Counted from the stretch's first letter, positions 9,561 through 19,390 are shown. The stretch is DNA of 64,000 nucleotides from Parcubacteria bacterium RAAC4_OD1_1 (GCA_000505065.1 AWSN01000001.1:403647-467646); one strand, 5' to 3'. A program made the numbers and translations. The notes: generated by a model not told the origin, from the sequence alone.

Positions 9561-10166
9561 TTAATTCCTATTATAATCCGGGTGTTCTTCTTTGATAGAA
9601 AGTAAATGATTTGAGTAACGAGATAATGCAAATAAAATAGTAGAAAGTCTATTCATATAAGAAATCGTCTCTTCACCTATATCACGACTACCCTCATCGA
9701 CAACTGCGACTATTCTTCTTTCTGCCCGCCTTGCTAAAGTCCTTCCAAAATCAAGAGAAGAAGAAAGAAGACTTCCACCAGAGATAGTGAAAGATTTAAT
9801 AGGTGGCAATTCATCACTTATCTTTGCCACTACCCTCTCTACCATATTGAGCTCTTCTTTAGAAACTGTCATTTTCGATCCACCCAATTCTGCTTGAATC
9901 ACAAAAAGATTTTGCTGAATGTCATCTATTATTTTATCAAAATATTTTTTCTTAATTTCAAGTTCAATATAGAAATTTTCATCTTTGGATAAGACTTTAA
10001 TTATCCCCATATAAGCATTGAGTTCATCCACTGCCCCAAGCGCCTCGATCAGTATAGAACTTTTGGATATCCTGTGCTGTTTACAATCATAAAGCGTCGT
10101 CGTACCATTGTCCCCATATCCAGTGTATAAAATATTACCTTTTTTATCTTTATTTTCTTCTGACAT
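9561..10166 (-). CDS. ATP:cob(I)alamin adenosyltransferase, PduO/MMAB type
   Basis: N-terminal YTGYGDNGTTTL motif and the length match the PduO-type adenosyltransferase domain. Confidence 0.75.
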   Translation of the reverse strand: MSEENKDKKGNILYTGYGDNGTTTLYDCKQHRISKSSILIEALGAVDELNAYMGIIKVLSKDENFYIELEIKKKYFDKIIDDIQQNLFVIQAELGGSKMTVSKEELNMVERVVAKISDELPPIKSFTISGGSLLSSSLDFGRTLARRAERRIVAVVDEGSRDIGEETISYMNRLSTILFALSRYSNHLLSIKEEHPDYNRN

Positions 10167-10214
10167 ATTTTTTATTATAACAATATACTTAATTTAATAA
10201 AAGACTTCACCCTC

Positions 10215-10284
10215 ACACCTATTTTACCTATCAATATTAAAAATAGGTGTGGGGGTTGACTTTTTAATTAATAAATGCTATAAT
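10215..10284 (+). promoter_or_regulatory. Consensus promoter (TTGACT-17-TATAAT) preceded by an 11-bp inverted repeat (cacacctattt / aaataggtgtg). Candidate operator or attenuator for the 10319 ORF.
   Basis: IR arms at 10215-10225 and 10241-10251. -35 at 10256-10261, -10 at 10279-10284. Confidence 0.5.
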
Positions 10285-10318
10285 ATATATTAATATAAAC
10301 CCATTAAAAATTAATATC

Positions 10319-10603
10319 ATGGATGCAATTTTGTTCTTTGGTTGTTTTTTTGAAGTTGATAGTTACAAATCAATTGAGTGCAAAAGTGCTCAAGAGATTA
10401 AAACAAAACTGACGGAAAATGAGAATATAAAATTTCTTGTTATTCCAGAAGAAGAAAGTAACCTTATTGAGTTTTCAGACCACAAAATAAAACCCGTGGT
10501 TATCTTTATAACTAAAAATTATAAAAGTTATCAAGATAGAAAATTCAATAAGATTCTAGCTTCTAAAGAAACAGCAAAGATAATGATTGAACGGTGGCAA
10601 TAG
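10319..10603 (+). CDS. Hypothetical small protein
   Basis: 94-aa ORF behind a consensus promoter. No recognisable motif. Confidence 0.4.
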   Translation: MDAILFFGCFFEVDSYKSIECKSAQEIKTKLTENENIKFLVIPEEESNLIEFSDHKIKPVVIFITKNYKSYQDRKFNKILASKETAKIMIERWQ

Positions 10604-10616
10604 TCGCCGTTCTTTT

Positions 10617-11729
10617 TTATTTATAATAACTTCCCACTGCTTCACCTATACTTTTATATCCGTCTTTTTTTAAAAGTTTTACAAGGTCTTTATTTATATC
10701 CCCCATTACAGTTGGACCCTCATATATCATACCTGTTATCATCTGCACCAAGCTTGCACCTCGCTTTATCTTCTCATATGCATCAAACCCGGAGAAAACT
10801 CCCCCACAACCAATGATCACAAATCTATTTTTATATTTTTTATAAACTTCACTAATAAGGTTATTGGACATCTCCTCCGTTGGTTTACCGCTAAAGTTTC
10901 CCTTTCCAGCATTAGTAATTTCATCTTTATCGAAGAAAATATTACTCCTATCTTTTACAAGATTAGCAAAAATAAATCCAGTAACAAAATTATATGATGA
11001 AGCAATCTCAACTAAAAGAAGTGTTTCTTCTACATTTTTCTCCAAATACATTTTTATAAATAAAGGCTTTCTAATCGCCAAAGTTGAAAGTTTATTCAAA
11101 AGGAGTGTAAATCCTTCTTTAGTATCAAAAGCACTATCGACAGATGTGATGTTTGAAAGATTTGGGCAACTTATATTTAGCTCATAAAAATCAAAAAGAT
11201 GCGAATCCACTACTTTTCTAAAAGAATTCGTGACATCTTCAATCATTTCTTTAATATCACAATAAGACTTATTGGTTGTGCCGATACTTATACCTACTGG
11301 TATATTATTCTTCTTTTTTGAGACTTTATCTAAAATAAAATCAATTCCATTATTTTTAAACCCTTTATTCACAAGAAGGGATTTAGATCTAGGAAGTCTA
11401 CCTAGCATTGGCTTTTTATTCCCCTCGTATGGCAAATTAGTAATAGTCCCCACAGTTTGAAACCCAAAGCCCACATTTTCAGCTACATTTAAAAGATCTG
11501 CATTGTAATCAAACCCAGCCGCAAGCCCTAGGGGGTTCGTAATTTTAAGGCCTAAAATTTTTGTATTAAGATATTCATTTTTATATAAAAATATTTTCTT
11601 TGTTATAAATCTTAAAAATTTAAATCTACCAATAAAACTCGAAGCATGAAGAAAAAAGACATGGACATAATCCGCCTCAATTTTAAAAAGAATCGGTTTT
11701 AAAATATTTTTATATAAAAATTTAATCAT
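10617..11729 (-). CDS. pyrD: Dihydroorotate dehydrogenase (quinone), class 2
   Basis: NPLGLAAGFDYNAD, NKGFKNNG, ELNISCPN and GCGGV motifs. Confidence 0.9.
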   Translation of the reverse strand: MIKFLYKNILKPILFKIEADYVHVFFLHASSFIGRFKFLRFITKKIFLYKNEYLNTKILGLKITNPLGLAAGFDYNADLLNVAENVGFGFQTVGTITNLPYEGNKKPMLGRLPRSKSLLVNKGFKNNGIDFILDKVSKKKNNIPVGISIGTTNKSYCDIKEMIEDVTNSFRKVVDSHLFDFYELNISCPNLSNITSVDSAFDTKEGFTLLLNKLSTLAIRKPLFIKMYLEKNVEETLLLVEIASSYNFVTGFIFANLVKDRSNIFFDKDEITNAGKGNFSGKPTEEMSNNLISEVYKKYKNRFVIIGCGGVFSGFDAYEKIKRGASLVQMITGMIYEGPTVMGDINKDLVKLLKKDGYKSIGEAVGSYYK

Positions 11730-12124
11730 TATTCTGTCGTTTGTCCATCAAAATCAGCTTCATTTTGTTCAGCTTCTTCTTTAGTTTCCCTAACAATACC
11801 ATCCTTATGATGCGCAGGAGAATAAATAGTATAAAGTTTAAGTCCCTCTTCTCCGGCTATCACATTGTGTCTTGCCCCCATAGGGACAACAACCGCATCT
11901 CCATCTTTTACTTCGTATTCTGTGGTATCTATAATGACCTTACCACTACCTTTCTCAAACCTAAAAAATTGATCATTTTCATTATGAATTTCCATTCCGA
12001 TTTCTTCATTAGGAAGCAAACTCATAAGTACAAGCTGAGAACTCGCTCCAGTATAAAGAACTTTTCTAAAATTATTATTTTCTTCTGTTAACTTCTCAAT
12101 ATTTTCTTTAAATCCTTTTTTCAT
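11729..12124 (-). CDS. Cupin-domain protein
   Basis: Cupin beta-barrel motifs (GxxxxHxH-like region VVVPMGARHNV). 131 aa. Overlaps the pyrD start by 1 nt. Confidence 0.6.
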   Translation of the reverse strand: MKKGFKENIEKLTEENNNFRKVLYTGASSQLVLMSLLPNEEIGMEIHNENDQFFRFEKGSGKVIIDTTEYEVKDGDAVVVPMGARHNVIAGEEGLKLYTIYSPAHHKDGIVRETKEEAEQNEADFDGQTTE

Positions 12125-12155
12125 AAATTTGTAAATTTAAATTTATAATCATCGA

Positions 12156-12872
12156 CTAATTAATTTGTGGAGAATTTTGTTCACCCTCTTGCTTAACTTC
12201 TATTTTAGCTTCTTCTACTACAACTTCTTCTTTCTTAGATTCTTCTTTTATAATCTCTGCTTCTTTGACAAAATTACCTTCTTTAAATTTCTTAAAATCT
12301 CGATAAACCATAACGAGAATCATCATACCAAGTGGATATGTTACAAAAACACCAATAAACAAAGCAACAAAACCAAGAACTGTAAATAACCCTATAAGAA
12401 AACTATACCCAAAAAGTCTCCATCCATTTCCCCTTGTCATTTCCCAAGATTTCTTTACTGCATATCTCGCTCCTTTTTCTGGCTCTTCTATTGAAATATA
12501 AACAGCAAAAAGAAGTCTTCCCATAAAATAAAATCCAGGAACAATAAGAAGAATAAAACCTCCTAAGAAAGTAAGAGCTATAAGTATTGTCGTCTTCAAA
12601 AGATTCCAATATTTTAGTAAATCAGGAAAAGATTCTTTTGAAAATGGCATAAATTCTTTACCCTCTAGCATATTAAATATTGATTTAAACCATATATAAG
12701 TGATAAACACACTCAAAAGATTTGCGACAATACTAACAAGAAAACCATGATCCGAAGCAAAATAAGAGACAGCAAAAACTACAAACATAAGAAGTATGAA
12801 GTTCCAAACATTATTTTTATAAAAAACCCAAGCTTCTTTAACTTTTGACCCAAAATTTAATTTAAAATTCAT
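12156..12872 (-). CDS. Hypothetical polytopic membrane protein with a C-terminal E/K-rich tail
   Basis: Multiple hydrophobic segments. No catalytic motif. Confidence 0.5.
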   Translation of the reverse strand: MNFKLNFGSKVKEAWVFYKNNVWNFILLMFVVFAVSYFASDHGFLVSIVANLLSVFITYIWFKSIFNMLEGKEFMPFSKESFPDLLKYWNLLKTTILIALTFLGGFILLIVPGFYFMGRLLFAVYISIEEPEKGARYAVKKSWEMTRGNGWRLFGYSFLIGLFTVLGFVALFIGVFVTYPLGMMILVMVYRDFKKFKEGNFVKEAEIIKEESKKEEVVVEEAKIEVKQEGEQNSPQIN

Positions 12873-12938
12873 ATAATATTTATCTGCAATAAAAGCAGAC
12901 AGGCTAAATAATAACTAATCTAATTATACCAAATACGA

Positions 12939-13424
12939 CTATTTGAGTATAGGTTTATCTCTTTTTATAAAATTCATCAAAACAAGACTGGAAATTATAG
13001 CTCCAACTGTATTACTGATAAGATCAAGCCAGGTATCTTTTGAATTTATTGCAAAGATTTTATGAGCATAGTTTTGCAAGAAAAATTCTAAAATTTCATT
13101 AAAAACTCCCAAGGTGGAAACAATAAGAAAAGTAAAAAAGAAAAATTGAAATTTTGAAACTTGAATCTTTGTGTCTTTAAATACAAGAAAAGAAAGAAGT
13201 GATGAAATAAACCCACCACCAACTCCATGCAAGAAGCGATTACCTATCTCAAGACTAGGAATCATAAAGGCTATCTCATAGGTCGTAAAACTTAAAATAG
13301 CAATTATAATAAGAGAAATAATAGACTTCTTTGAAAAAGAGACTTCTTTCTCAAAAAATAGCCCAAATAAATAAAAAAATACTATATAAGTAAAAGAAAA
13401 CAATACTGGGGTTATAAAATTCAT
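12939..13424 (-). CDS. Hypothetical membrane protein
   Basis: Four predicted TM helices. 161 aa. Confidence 0.5.
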   Translation of the reverse strand: MNFITPVLFSFTYIVFFYLFGLFFEKEVSFSKKSIISLIIIAILSFTTYEIAFMIPSLEIGNRFLHGVGGGFISSLLSFLVFKDTKIQVSKFQFFFFTFLIVSTLGVFNEILEFFLQNYAHKIFAINSKDTWLDLISNTVGAIISSLVLMNFIKRDKPILK

Positions 13425-13531
13425 AAATTTATTATAGCATAAAATTAAAAAGTGGTGTGTCCTTGCCTTATCCCCTAAAAATGTTAGTGTGTAAGTAAGT
13501 TAAACTAATAAAAAGAAAGGGGGGGTAAAAA

Positions 13532-14005
13532 TTGAAATTTTTATTAATTGCAAAGAAGATATTCCTAGCAATAGGAATATTAGCTTTATATGAAATTTTA
13601 ATAAAAGGATTTATTTTTATAATTACTAAAATATTTGAAGGTGATTTAAATTTAATCCTTTTAATAGTTATTCCATCAACATTTATTATAAGATGTGTGA
13701 TAATTAAGACTTATGATAAAAACAAAATTGATATTTTTGGAATAGAAGCCATTAAGGCTAAAATTGAAATTGAAAAAGAAACAATGATAGCAAAAATTAT
13801 TAAAATCCTTTTAGGAATTAGTAAGATTGCTGTTTATGTTATTGTTTTATTAGATCCTACTGCCACTGTAATTTATTTTCGTAAAGGAAGTAAATTATGG
13901 AATGGCATTCCAGACAAGATAACATGGGCGTTATTTATTTTGAGTAATATTATTTGCTCTATAACAATAACTCTGTCTTCTTTGGGAATATTGAAAATAT
14001 TTTAA
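13532..14005 (+). CDS. Hypothetical membrane protein (TTG start, preceded by a G-rich Shine-Dalgarno)
   Basis: aaagggggggtaaaaaTTG. Hydrophobic 157-aa product. Confidence 0.45.
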   Translation: MKFLLIAKKIFLAIGILALYEILIKGFIFIITKIFEGDLNLILLIVIPSTFIIRCVIIKTYDKNKIDIFGIEAIKAKIEIEKETMIAKIIKILLGISKIAVYVIVLLDPTATVIYFRKGSKLWNGIPDKITWALFILSNIICSITITLSSLGILKIF

Positions 14006-14042
14006 AATCCAACCATCTTAAAAAATGGCTGGATTTTTAAAA

Positions 14043-15050
14043 TTAATCTCTTTTTCTATTTCTATCATTAAACCTAAATTCAGAATTTATAAATATTTCA
14101 GCTTCTTTAATAGAGCTCTCTGAATCAAAAAGTAAAGAGCTGGCTTCATCTTCATCCCCTTCTATTTCTCTTTTACCTGCTTCTTCTAAATACTTTTTGG
14201 CTTCATCTATCTTATTATAAGTATCATCAATAAATTCATCTTCAATGTAAAATTCTTCTAGGTCTTTATTTTCAAAATCTTTATCTATATCTTCTATGAG
14301 TATTTCTACTTTGTCTTTTTTGTTTTTATAATCATCTTTATTTTTATTCTTTTCATCCTTTAAATTGTTTTTAATACTATTAGCACTCTCTTTTGCAGTT
14401 TTAGAAATTTTATTACCTTTTTTATTATCCTCATTTTCTCCTTGATAAGTATCCTTATACTTATCTTCTTTTTCATTTATAACTTCTAAAATTCTTGCAT
14501 TAGCATTCATTTCTGCGCTAAAATCAGTTATTAATTCATCAATTTCTTTTTTAGAATTATCTTTATGAACTTTATTTACAGTTTTATTAAGAGAAACCGT
14601 ATGATTTATCAATAATTTATTAAGTTTTTCTTCTGTTGGTTCATCAAGCTTATTTTCATTGGCCAAAATCTGAGCCTCTATCAAACGATTTTTTGCTAAT
14701 TCACTTTGATATTTAGCTTTTTCTATTTTTGAAAATTTTAAAGCTCCTTCGGCTGGTTCTAATAATTTTACTTTGATAGGATACAAAATATCATCTGGTA
14801 GACTATCTTGTGAAGCAAATACAACTCCCCCTCCAGACAAAATAATGATTAGAGGAATGACAACATAATAAACCAAATGATTATTTTTGATTGAATAAAA
14901 GAAAGAATAAAAACTCCAAGGACTTTGAACAGAAGATCTCTCGTTATTTTCTAAATTAAAAATATTATAAAGAATATCTTTTTTTTCAGATTCTGTCATC
15001 CTTATTTCTTTAATTTCTTTTATTGCATTTTTAAATTTTTTATTTTCCAT
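14043..15050 (-). CDS. Putative anti-sigma factor (single TM, DUF5667-like extracytoplasmic region) partnered with the upstream ECF sigma
   Basis: Lies immediately downstream of the sigma gene with a 5-nt gap. TM segment LVYYVVIPLIIILSGGGVVFA followed by PDDILYPIKVKL. Long E/K/D-rich C-terminal region. Confidence 0.55.
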   Translation of the reverse strand: MENKKFKNAIKEIKEIRMTESEKKDILYNIFNLENNERSSVQSPWSFYSFFYSIKNNHLVYYVVIPLIIILSGGGVVFASQDSLPDDILYPIKVKLLEPAEGALKFSKIEKAKYQSELAKNRLIEAQILANENKLDEPTEEKLNKLLINHTVSLNKTVNKVHKDNSKKEIDELITDFSAEMNANARILEVINEKEDKYKDTYQGENEDNKKGNKISKTAKESANSIKNNLKDEKNKNKDDYKNKKDKVEILIEDIDKDFENKDLEEFYIEDEFIDDTYNKIDEAKKYLEEAGKREIEGDEDEASSLLFDSESSIKEAEIFINSEFRFNDRNRKRD

Positions 15051-15055
15051 AAATT

Positions 15056-15589
15056 TTATTTATCATCATAAGAACCTAATATCTTTCTTAACTCTTCTAT
15101 TCCTCTGTTTATTCTTACAGAGGAAGCATTTGCTGAAATCCCCATAATCTTGGCTATCTCAGGAGGAGATACGTCTTCCACTAATCGAAGATAAACAGGA
15201 TGCCGATAAGAAGTAGGTAATTCATTTATTTTATCTATTAAAAATCTTCCTTCTACTCCTTCATAGATTCTATCATTAGTAGTTTTCTCATCTACAATAT
15301 CATAAGAATATTCATCTTCTTGATCAGTCTTATTTAAAAGAATTTTATCTAAAGATAAACTTTTTTTCTTACGATACCAATCAATTATAAGTCTGTGAGT
15401 TATCTTAAACAATAAAGCTTTCGGGGAAATGATTTTCTCCCCCTTTTCCATACTTTGCCATAATCGTAAAAAAGCTTCTTGAGTTATATCTAGAGCTTGA
15501 TCTCTATCAGAAACTCGAAGTAAAGAGAATCGAAATATCGAATCTGATTCAAGCTTATATATTGACTCAAATTTATCCTTTAATTCCAT
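15056..15589 (-). CDS. RNA polymerase sigma-70 factor, ECF subfamily
   Basis: Region 2 (DITQEAFLRLW, LIIDWYRKKK) and region 4 (EIAKIMGISANASSVRINRGIEELRK). The ORF-track Met at 15682 adds an implausible basic extension, so the start is placed at MELKD. Confidence 0.8.
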   Translation of the reverse strand: MELKDKFESIYKLESDSIFRFSLLRVSDRDQALDITQEAFLRLWQSMEKGEKIISPKALLFKITHRLIIDWYRKKKSLSLDKILLNKTDQEDEYSYDIVDEKTTNDRIYEGVEGRFLIDKINELPTSYRHPVYLRLVEDVSPPEIAKIMGISANASSVRINRGIEELRKILGSYDDK

Positions 15590-15794
15590 TTTAATTCCTC
15601 TTATATAAAGACGTATAAGGAACCTTTTTCTTACATTCCTTCGTCTATATTTAAAATACAACAAATATCTATTATTGTCCATGTAAGAAAAGAGAGGTCT
15701 GTTCCGTCTAACCTACTGTAAGGTCGTGTATTATGATAAAAAAATAAATATTATCAAATACATTTATTATTAAAATTTAAAAAATAAAAATATT

Positions 15795-16727
15795 ATGAAT
15801 AATTACAAATCATTAGTTATAGGTTCATTCATTGCTATTATGGTTATAACAACACCTTCTGTTAGTTTTGCAGATAGGGACGATAATAAGGTCAACAATG
15901 AATATAAAGTGAGGGCAGAGCAAAAGCTTGAGGTAAAAAATAAAGATGGAGTCGTGAAAGTTAAAGGTAATTCAGAATTTAGTAATGCAATATTCCATAG
16001 GTTTGAAGATTGGTTTAAAAACAAAAAAGAAATTCTTAAAAATCGAAAAGCTGAAAGAGTAGAGGAAAGAGAAGATTCTAAGAAAAAAATTGTAAAAGAT
16101 AATTTGGCCCCAAAAATAGAAAATATCACAGCTCCGACTGTCCTTCTTGTAGATGAAGTTGGAACATGGGAAATAAAAGCTTCCGATCCAAAAAATGGAT
16201 CACTTAGCTATGCAGTTCTATTTGGTGATACAAATACATCAACCAAATCAATATCTTCATCAACCTCTCAAACATTTGTCCAAACAAGTACATTTACTCA
16301 CTCTTATAAAAATGAAGGAACCTATAAAATAAAATTTATAGTTTCAAATGAAGCTGGACTTAAAGCTATCTCTACTGTTACAGTCAAAGTAGTAGAAGAT
16401 AAGGAAGACAAAGATGAGGAAGAGAAAAAAGACACAACAGCCCCAGTTATAAGCAAAATAAAAATAAGTACAGATACTTCAAATAATGTAAATATATCTT
16501 GGAAAACAAATGAAAAGGCAACCGGAGAAGTATTTTATGGAACTAACAAAGAAATAGATGTAGAAAATACAAATACTCTTAGAGTTTCAGATAAAAGCCT
16601 AAAGACAGATCATTCATTTAACATTCCTAGTTTGGCATCAGATACAATCTATCACTTTATATTAAAGTCTTCTGATGCATCAAACAATGCAACATTATCT
16701 AGTGAGTCTACATTCGTAACTAACTAG
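15795..16727 (+). CDS. Secreted protein with a PKD-like and an Fn3-like domain
   Basis: Signal peptide. PKD-like WEIKASDPKNGSLSYAVLFGD...HSYKNEGTYKIKF and Fn3-like DTTAPVIS...ISWKTNEKATGEVFYGT. Confidence 0.6.
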   Translation: MNNYKSLVIGSFIAIMVITTPSVSFADRDDNKVNNEYKVRAEQKLEVKNKDGVVKVKGNSEFSNAIFHRFEDWFKNKKEILKNRKAERVEEREDSKKKIVKDNLAPKIENITAPTVLLVDEVGTWEIKASDPKNGSLSYAVLFGDTNTSTKSISSSTSQTFVQTSTFTHSYKNEGTYKIKFIVSNEAGLKAISTVTVKVVEDKEDKDEEEKKDTTAPVISKIKISTDTSNNVNISWKTNEKATGEVFYGTNKEIDVENTNTLRVSDKSLKTDHSFNIPSLASDTIYHFILKSSDASNNATLSSESTFVTN

Positions 16728-16772
16728 AGTATTATTAGTAAAATAACTCAATAAACATCTAGCCGATATATC

Positions 16773-16803
16773 AAAATCCTCCCTAATTTTTTGGGAGGAT
16801 TTT
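16773..16803. terminator. Bidirectional terminator between convergent genes
   Basis: aaaatcctccc-loop-gggaggatttt. Confidence 0.65.
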
Positions 16804-16829
16804 GATTATTTAAAGATATAAATTATATT

Positions 16830-17738
16830 TTATTTTTTAAAAATCCTTCCAATAAAAAATCCTGCAAGTATTCCAATTAAAATAAATGTTAAGATAATAA
16901 TATTTGATTTATTCCCATCTTTTTCTGTGTTTTCATTTATTGGTTCGGGTTGATTATTTGAGTCAATATTTTTAGTGTCATCATTCACATACACAGTTAA
17001 TGTCCCCTCATTGGGAACCAAAGGCATATCCCCTTTATAATAATTTATATATTCTTTCTTTAAATTTTCTAACCCCCCTACAACCAAAAGAGATTCATAA
17101 ATATATCCGCCCTCAAAACAATCACCTTTTGTAGAAAGTAATAAAATTATTTTCTTATCAAAGCCAGGTATCGCATAACCAGCAAAAGTAAAAGGTTGCT
17201 CTGTATTACACCCAGAAATATTCTGTTCTGTTATTTTTTTACCATTTTGATATATAGTTCCATTAAATATGCTATTTTTCACATATTCTGAATCAAAATC
17301 AAAATTTTCACTTTTAATAAATTCTAAATCAATACTGATATTATCTTTATTTAAATTAATAGGACTCAAATCTTTAAAACCAGAAGTTATACGCATTATT
17401 TCTTCGTTAATTTTAGATATACCAAGCTCATAATTATTATTACGATAAGCATTTAAAAACTGTTCTCCTTTTTCACAAGAATAAACAGTTCCTACCTTAC
17501 CATCTACTAAAGATATTTTCATAAGTTCTGGAGGGCAACCTCTTCCTCCATGATCATACTTTGTATAATACACAGACTCATCTTTAGGATTATATTTAAA
17601 ATCATTTATATAAGATGGTCCGCCAGTAGTAGCACTTGCCACATCTCCAATTATAAATAAAAAAATAAAAGCAAATAGACCAAAATATATTTTAAAGTAT
17701 TTATTCATCCTTTTATTATACCAAAACGAAAAGTTCAT
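16830..17738 (-). CDS. Hypothetical exported protein with N-terminal signal/anchor and C-terminal TM helix
   Basis: 302 aa. Hydrophobic N- and C-termini. Confidence 0.5.
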   Translation of the reverse strand: MNFSFWYNKRMNKYFKIYFGLFAFIFLFIIGDVASATTGGPSYINDFKYNPKDESVYYTKYDHGGRGCPPELMKISLVDGKVGTVYSCEKGEQFLNAYRNNNYELGISKINEEIMRITSGFKDLSPINLNKDNISIDLEFIKSENFDFDSEYVKNSIFNGTIYQNGKKITEQNISGCNTEQPFTFAGYAIPGFDKKIILLLSTKGDCFEGGYIYESLLVVGGLENLKKEYINYYKGDMPLVPNEGTLTVYVNDDTKNIDSNNQPEPINENTEKDGNKSNIIILTFILIGILAGFFIGRIFKK

Positions 17739-17851
17739 TACTATCCTTTAAAATGTAAACATATACGGAGGCGTTGCCTCCGTGGACACTTTTAATCTTG
17801 CCAAAAAATGAAAAAGTGGTATGATTTAAGAAATTTTAAAAAAAATAGGAT

Positions 17852-18106
17852 ATGAAAAAAGAAGAAAAAATCAGATCAATTTTGGTTTCCCTTGGAATAG
17901 GAGGATTCTTTTCATCTATTTGTTATTTTTCAAAAGCCCCAATATGGCTAACATTAATAGTATTAATTGTGGCCTCGGGGATAACATTTTTGTTAATGTT
18001 GGGACTCCTTGCAACAGGAGAACCCTATGAAGAAAAAGATTCAACCGATTTAAGAGACCCAAAGGTTAGATCTTGGTACTACTTATCAAGATCTAAAGAA
18101 TTATAA
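17852..18106 (+). CDS. Small hypothetical membrane protein
   Basis: Two TM helices. Promoter TTGCCA-16-TATGAT lies upstream. Confidence 0.4.
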   Translation: MKKEEKIRSILVSLGIGGFFSSICYFSKAPIWLTLIVLIVASGITFLLMLGLLATGEPYEEKDSTDLRDPKVRSWYYLSRSKEL

Positions 18107-18140
18107 AATAGGGCTTAGTATTATACTAAGCCCTATTTTT
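18107..18140. terminator. Strong rho-independent terminator (14-bp stem)
   Basis: aaatagggcttagta-tta-tactaagccctattt followed by TT. Confidence 0.7.
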
Positions 18141-18217
18141 CAATTTATACTTTTATTTTTAAAATATCAGATAATCATATATAATTAAAAGTATTAGAAA
18201 TAAACAACTTATAAATT

Positions 18218-18385
18218 ATGTCTAGATATCGATGTATGGATTGTGGGTGGATATATGATGAAGAAAAAGGAGATGAAAATAGAGGCATAACTCCAGGTAC
18301 GAAATGGGAGGATTTACCAGAAGATTACAAATGCGCCGAATGTAGTAATAGAAAAAAGAGTCATAAATGGGTTAAATTGGATTAA
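18218..18385 (+). CDS. Rubredoxin (55 aa). Absent from the ORF track because it is under 60 aa.
   Basis: MSRYRCMDCGWIYDEEKGDENRGITPGTKWEDLPEDYKCAECSNRKK. It has both CxxCG / CxxC knuckles and the PGT and EDLPEDY rubredoxin signatures. Confidence 0.8.
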   Translation: MSRYRCMDCGWIYDEEKGDENRGITPGTKWEDLPEDYKCAECSNRKKSHKWVKLD

Positions 18386-18420
18386 AGGATAATATTAAAA
18401 ATACTGTATAATAAAATAAT

Positions 18421-19107
18421 ATGTTTAAAATAGAAAAAACCTCTAAAAGATTAGAAAAAGATAAAATTATAGTTCTTGTTGATGGATGGGGTTTTAATAA
18501 ATATTTTTATTTTATAATTAAAAGATTCATACCAAAAGATTATGGATATCTCCATTATTCATATACAGACAAAATTTTAGATAAAGACCCAATAAATACA
18601 AAAAATAATATTATTCAATTAATTGAGTTAGTAGAAACAGATATTAATAATTTAATATCTGTTAAGCCTCGTTATATATATTTATATGGGCAAAGTTTAG
18701 GAGGACTATTCTGTATGATTATTGCAGATAAAATAAATATTAAAAAAATTATGTTAATTGCTCCAGGTTGCAACTTAGCAGAATCATTTTGGTTAGGAAA
18801 ATATACTCAAAATTTAAAAAACGAAATGATTAAAGATCATCACACAACATTAGAAGAACTTAAAGAAGAATGGAAAGATGTTTCGCCAGATAGTTATTTT
18901 AAAAACAAAAGTTTAAATTCTAATTTTTATATTATTTTATCAAAACAAGATAAAGCCATACCAATTTCAAATGGAAAAAAATTAATCAACATATTAGAAG
19001 AAAAAAATATAAATTTTAAACTCTCGTGGAGTAAATTCTCTCACAAATTAACTCTTTTAAAAGAATTAATTTGTGTTAAAAATTTTAAAAAATGGATATT
19101 AAAATAA
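18421..19107 (+). CDS. Alpha/beta-hydrolase fold protein (GxSxG: YGQSLGG)
   Basis: Nucleophile elbow GQSLGG. 228 aa. Confidence 0.6.
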   Translation: MFKIEKTSKRLEKDKIIVLVDGWGFNKYFYFIIKRFIPKDYGYLHYSYTDKILDKDPINTKNNIIQLIELVETDINNLISVKPRYIYLYGQSLGGLFCMIIADKINIKKIMLIAPGCNLAESFWLGKYTQNLKNEMIKDHHTTLEELKEEWKDVSPDSYFKNKSLNSNFYIILSKQDKAIPISNGKKLINILEEKNINFKLSWSKFSHKLTLLKELICVKNFKKWILK

Positions 19108-19144
19108 AAACCTAGCAAAAAAGGTTCTTGCTATATAAACAATT

Positions 19145-19390
19145 TTAATCTTCAATTCTTTTCCCCCATTGCCATCTTGGCTTCTCACCCTTTTTATAAC
19201 AAATATAAATTAGAACTCCTGTAAACAAAAATACTACCCATATATTCTTTAATCCTTCATGGTCTATTCTAGAAACTGTAAATAGAAATAAAACCAACCA
19301 AACAGATAAAACTAACCACCCTTCCCAAGTAACAGGTGTCCACCCCCAGCCATACAATTTCCTTTTAAACCAAATTTTATTTTTATTCAT
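19145..19390 (-). CDS. Small hypothetical membrane protein
   Basis: Two TM helices. 81 aa. Confidence 0.4.
   Translation of the reverse strand: MNKNKIWFKRKLYGWGWTPVTWEGWLVLSVWLVLFLFTVSRIDHEGLKNIWVVFLFTGVLIYICYKKGEKPRWQWGKRIED

Noticed and set aside
15590-15682. N-terminal 31-aa extension of the ECF sigma ORF (MDNNRYLLYFKYRRRNVRKRF…)
   Set aside because: Highly basic and low-complexity, with no counterpart in sigma-70 family proteins. The internal Met (MELKD) gives a canonical region-2 start.
17762-17782. GC-rich hairpin acggaggc-gtt-gcctccgt in the divergent promoter region between 17738 and 17852, considered as a terminator or riboswitch fragment
   Set aside because: No adjacent T-run on either strand and too short for a riboswitch. 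Possibly an operator, but nothing in the sequence supports a specific call.
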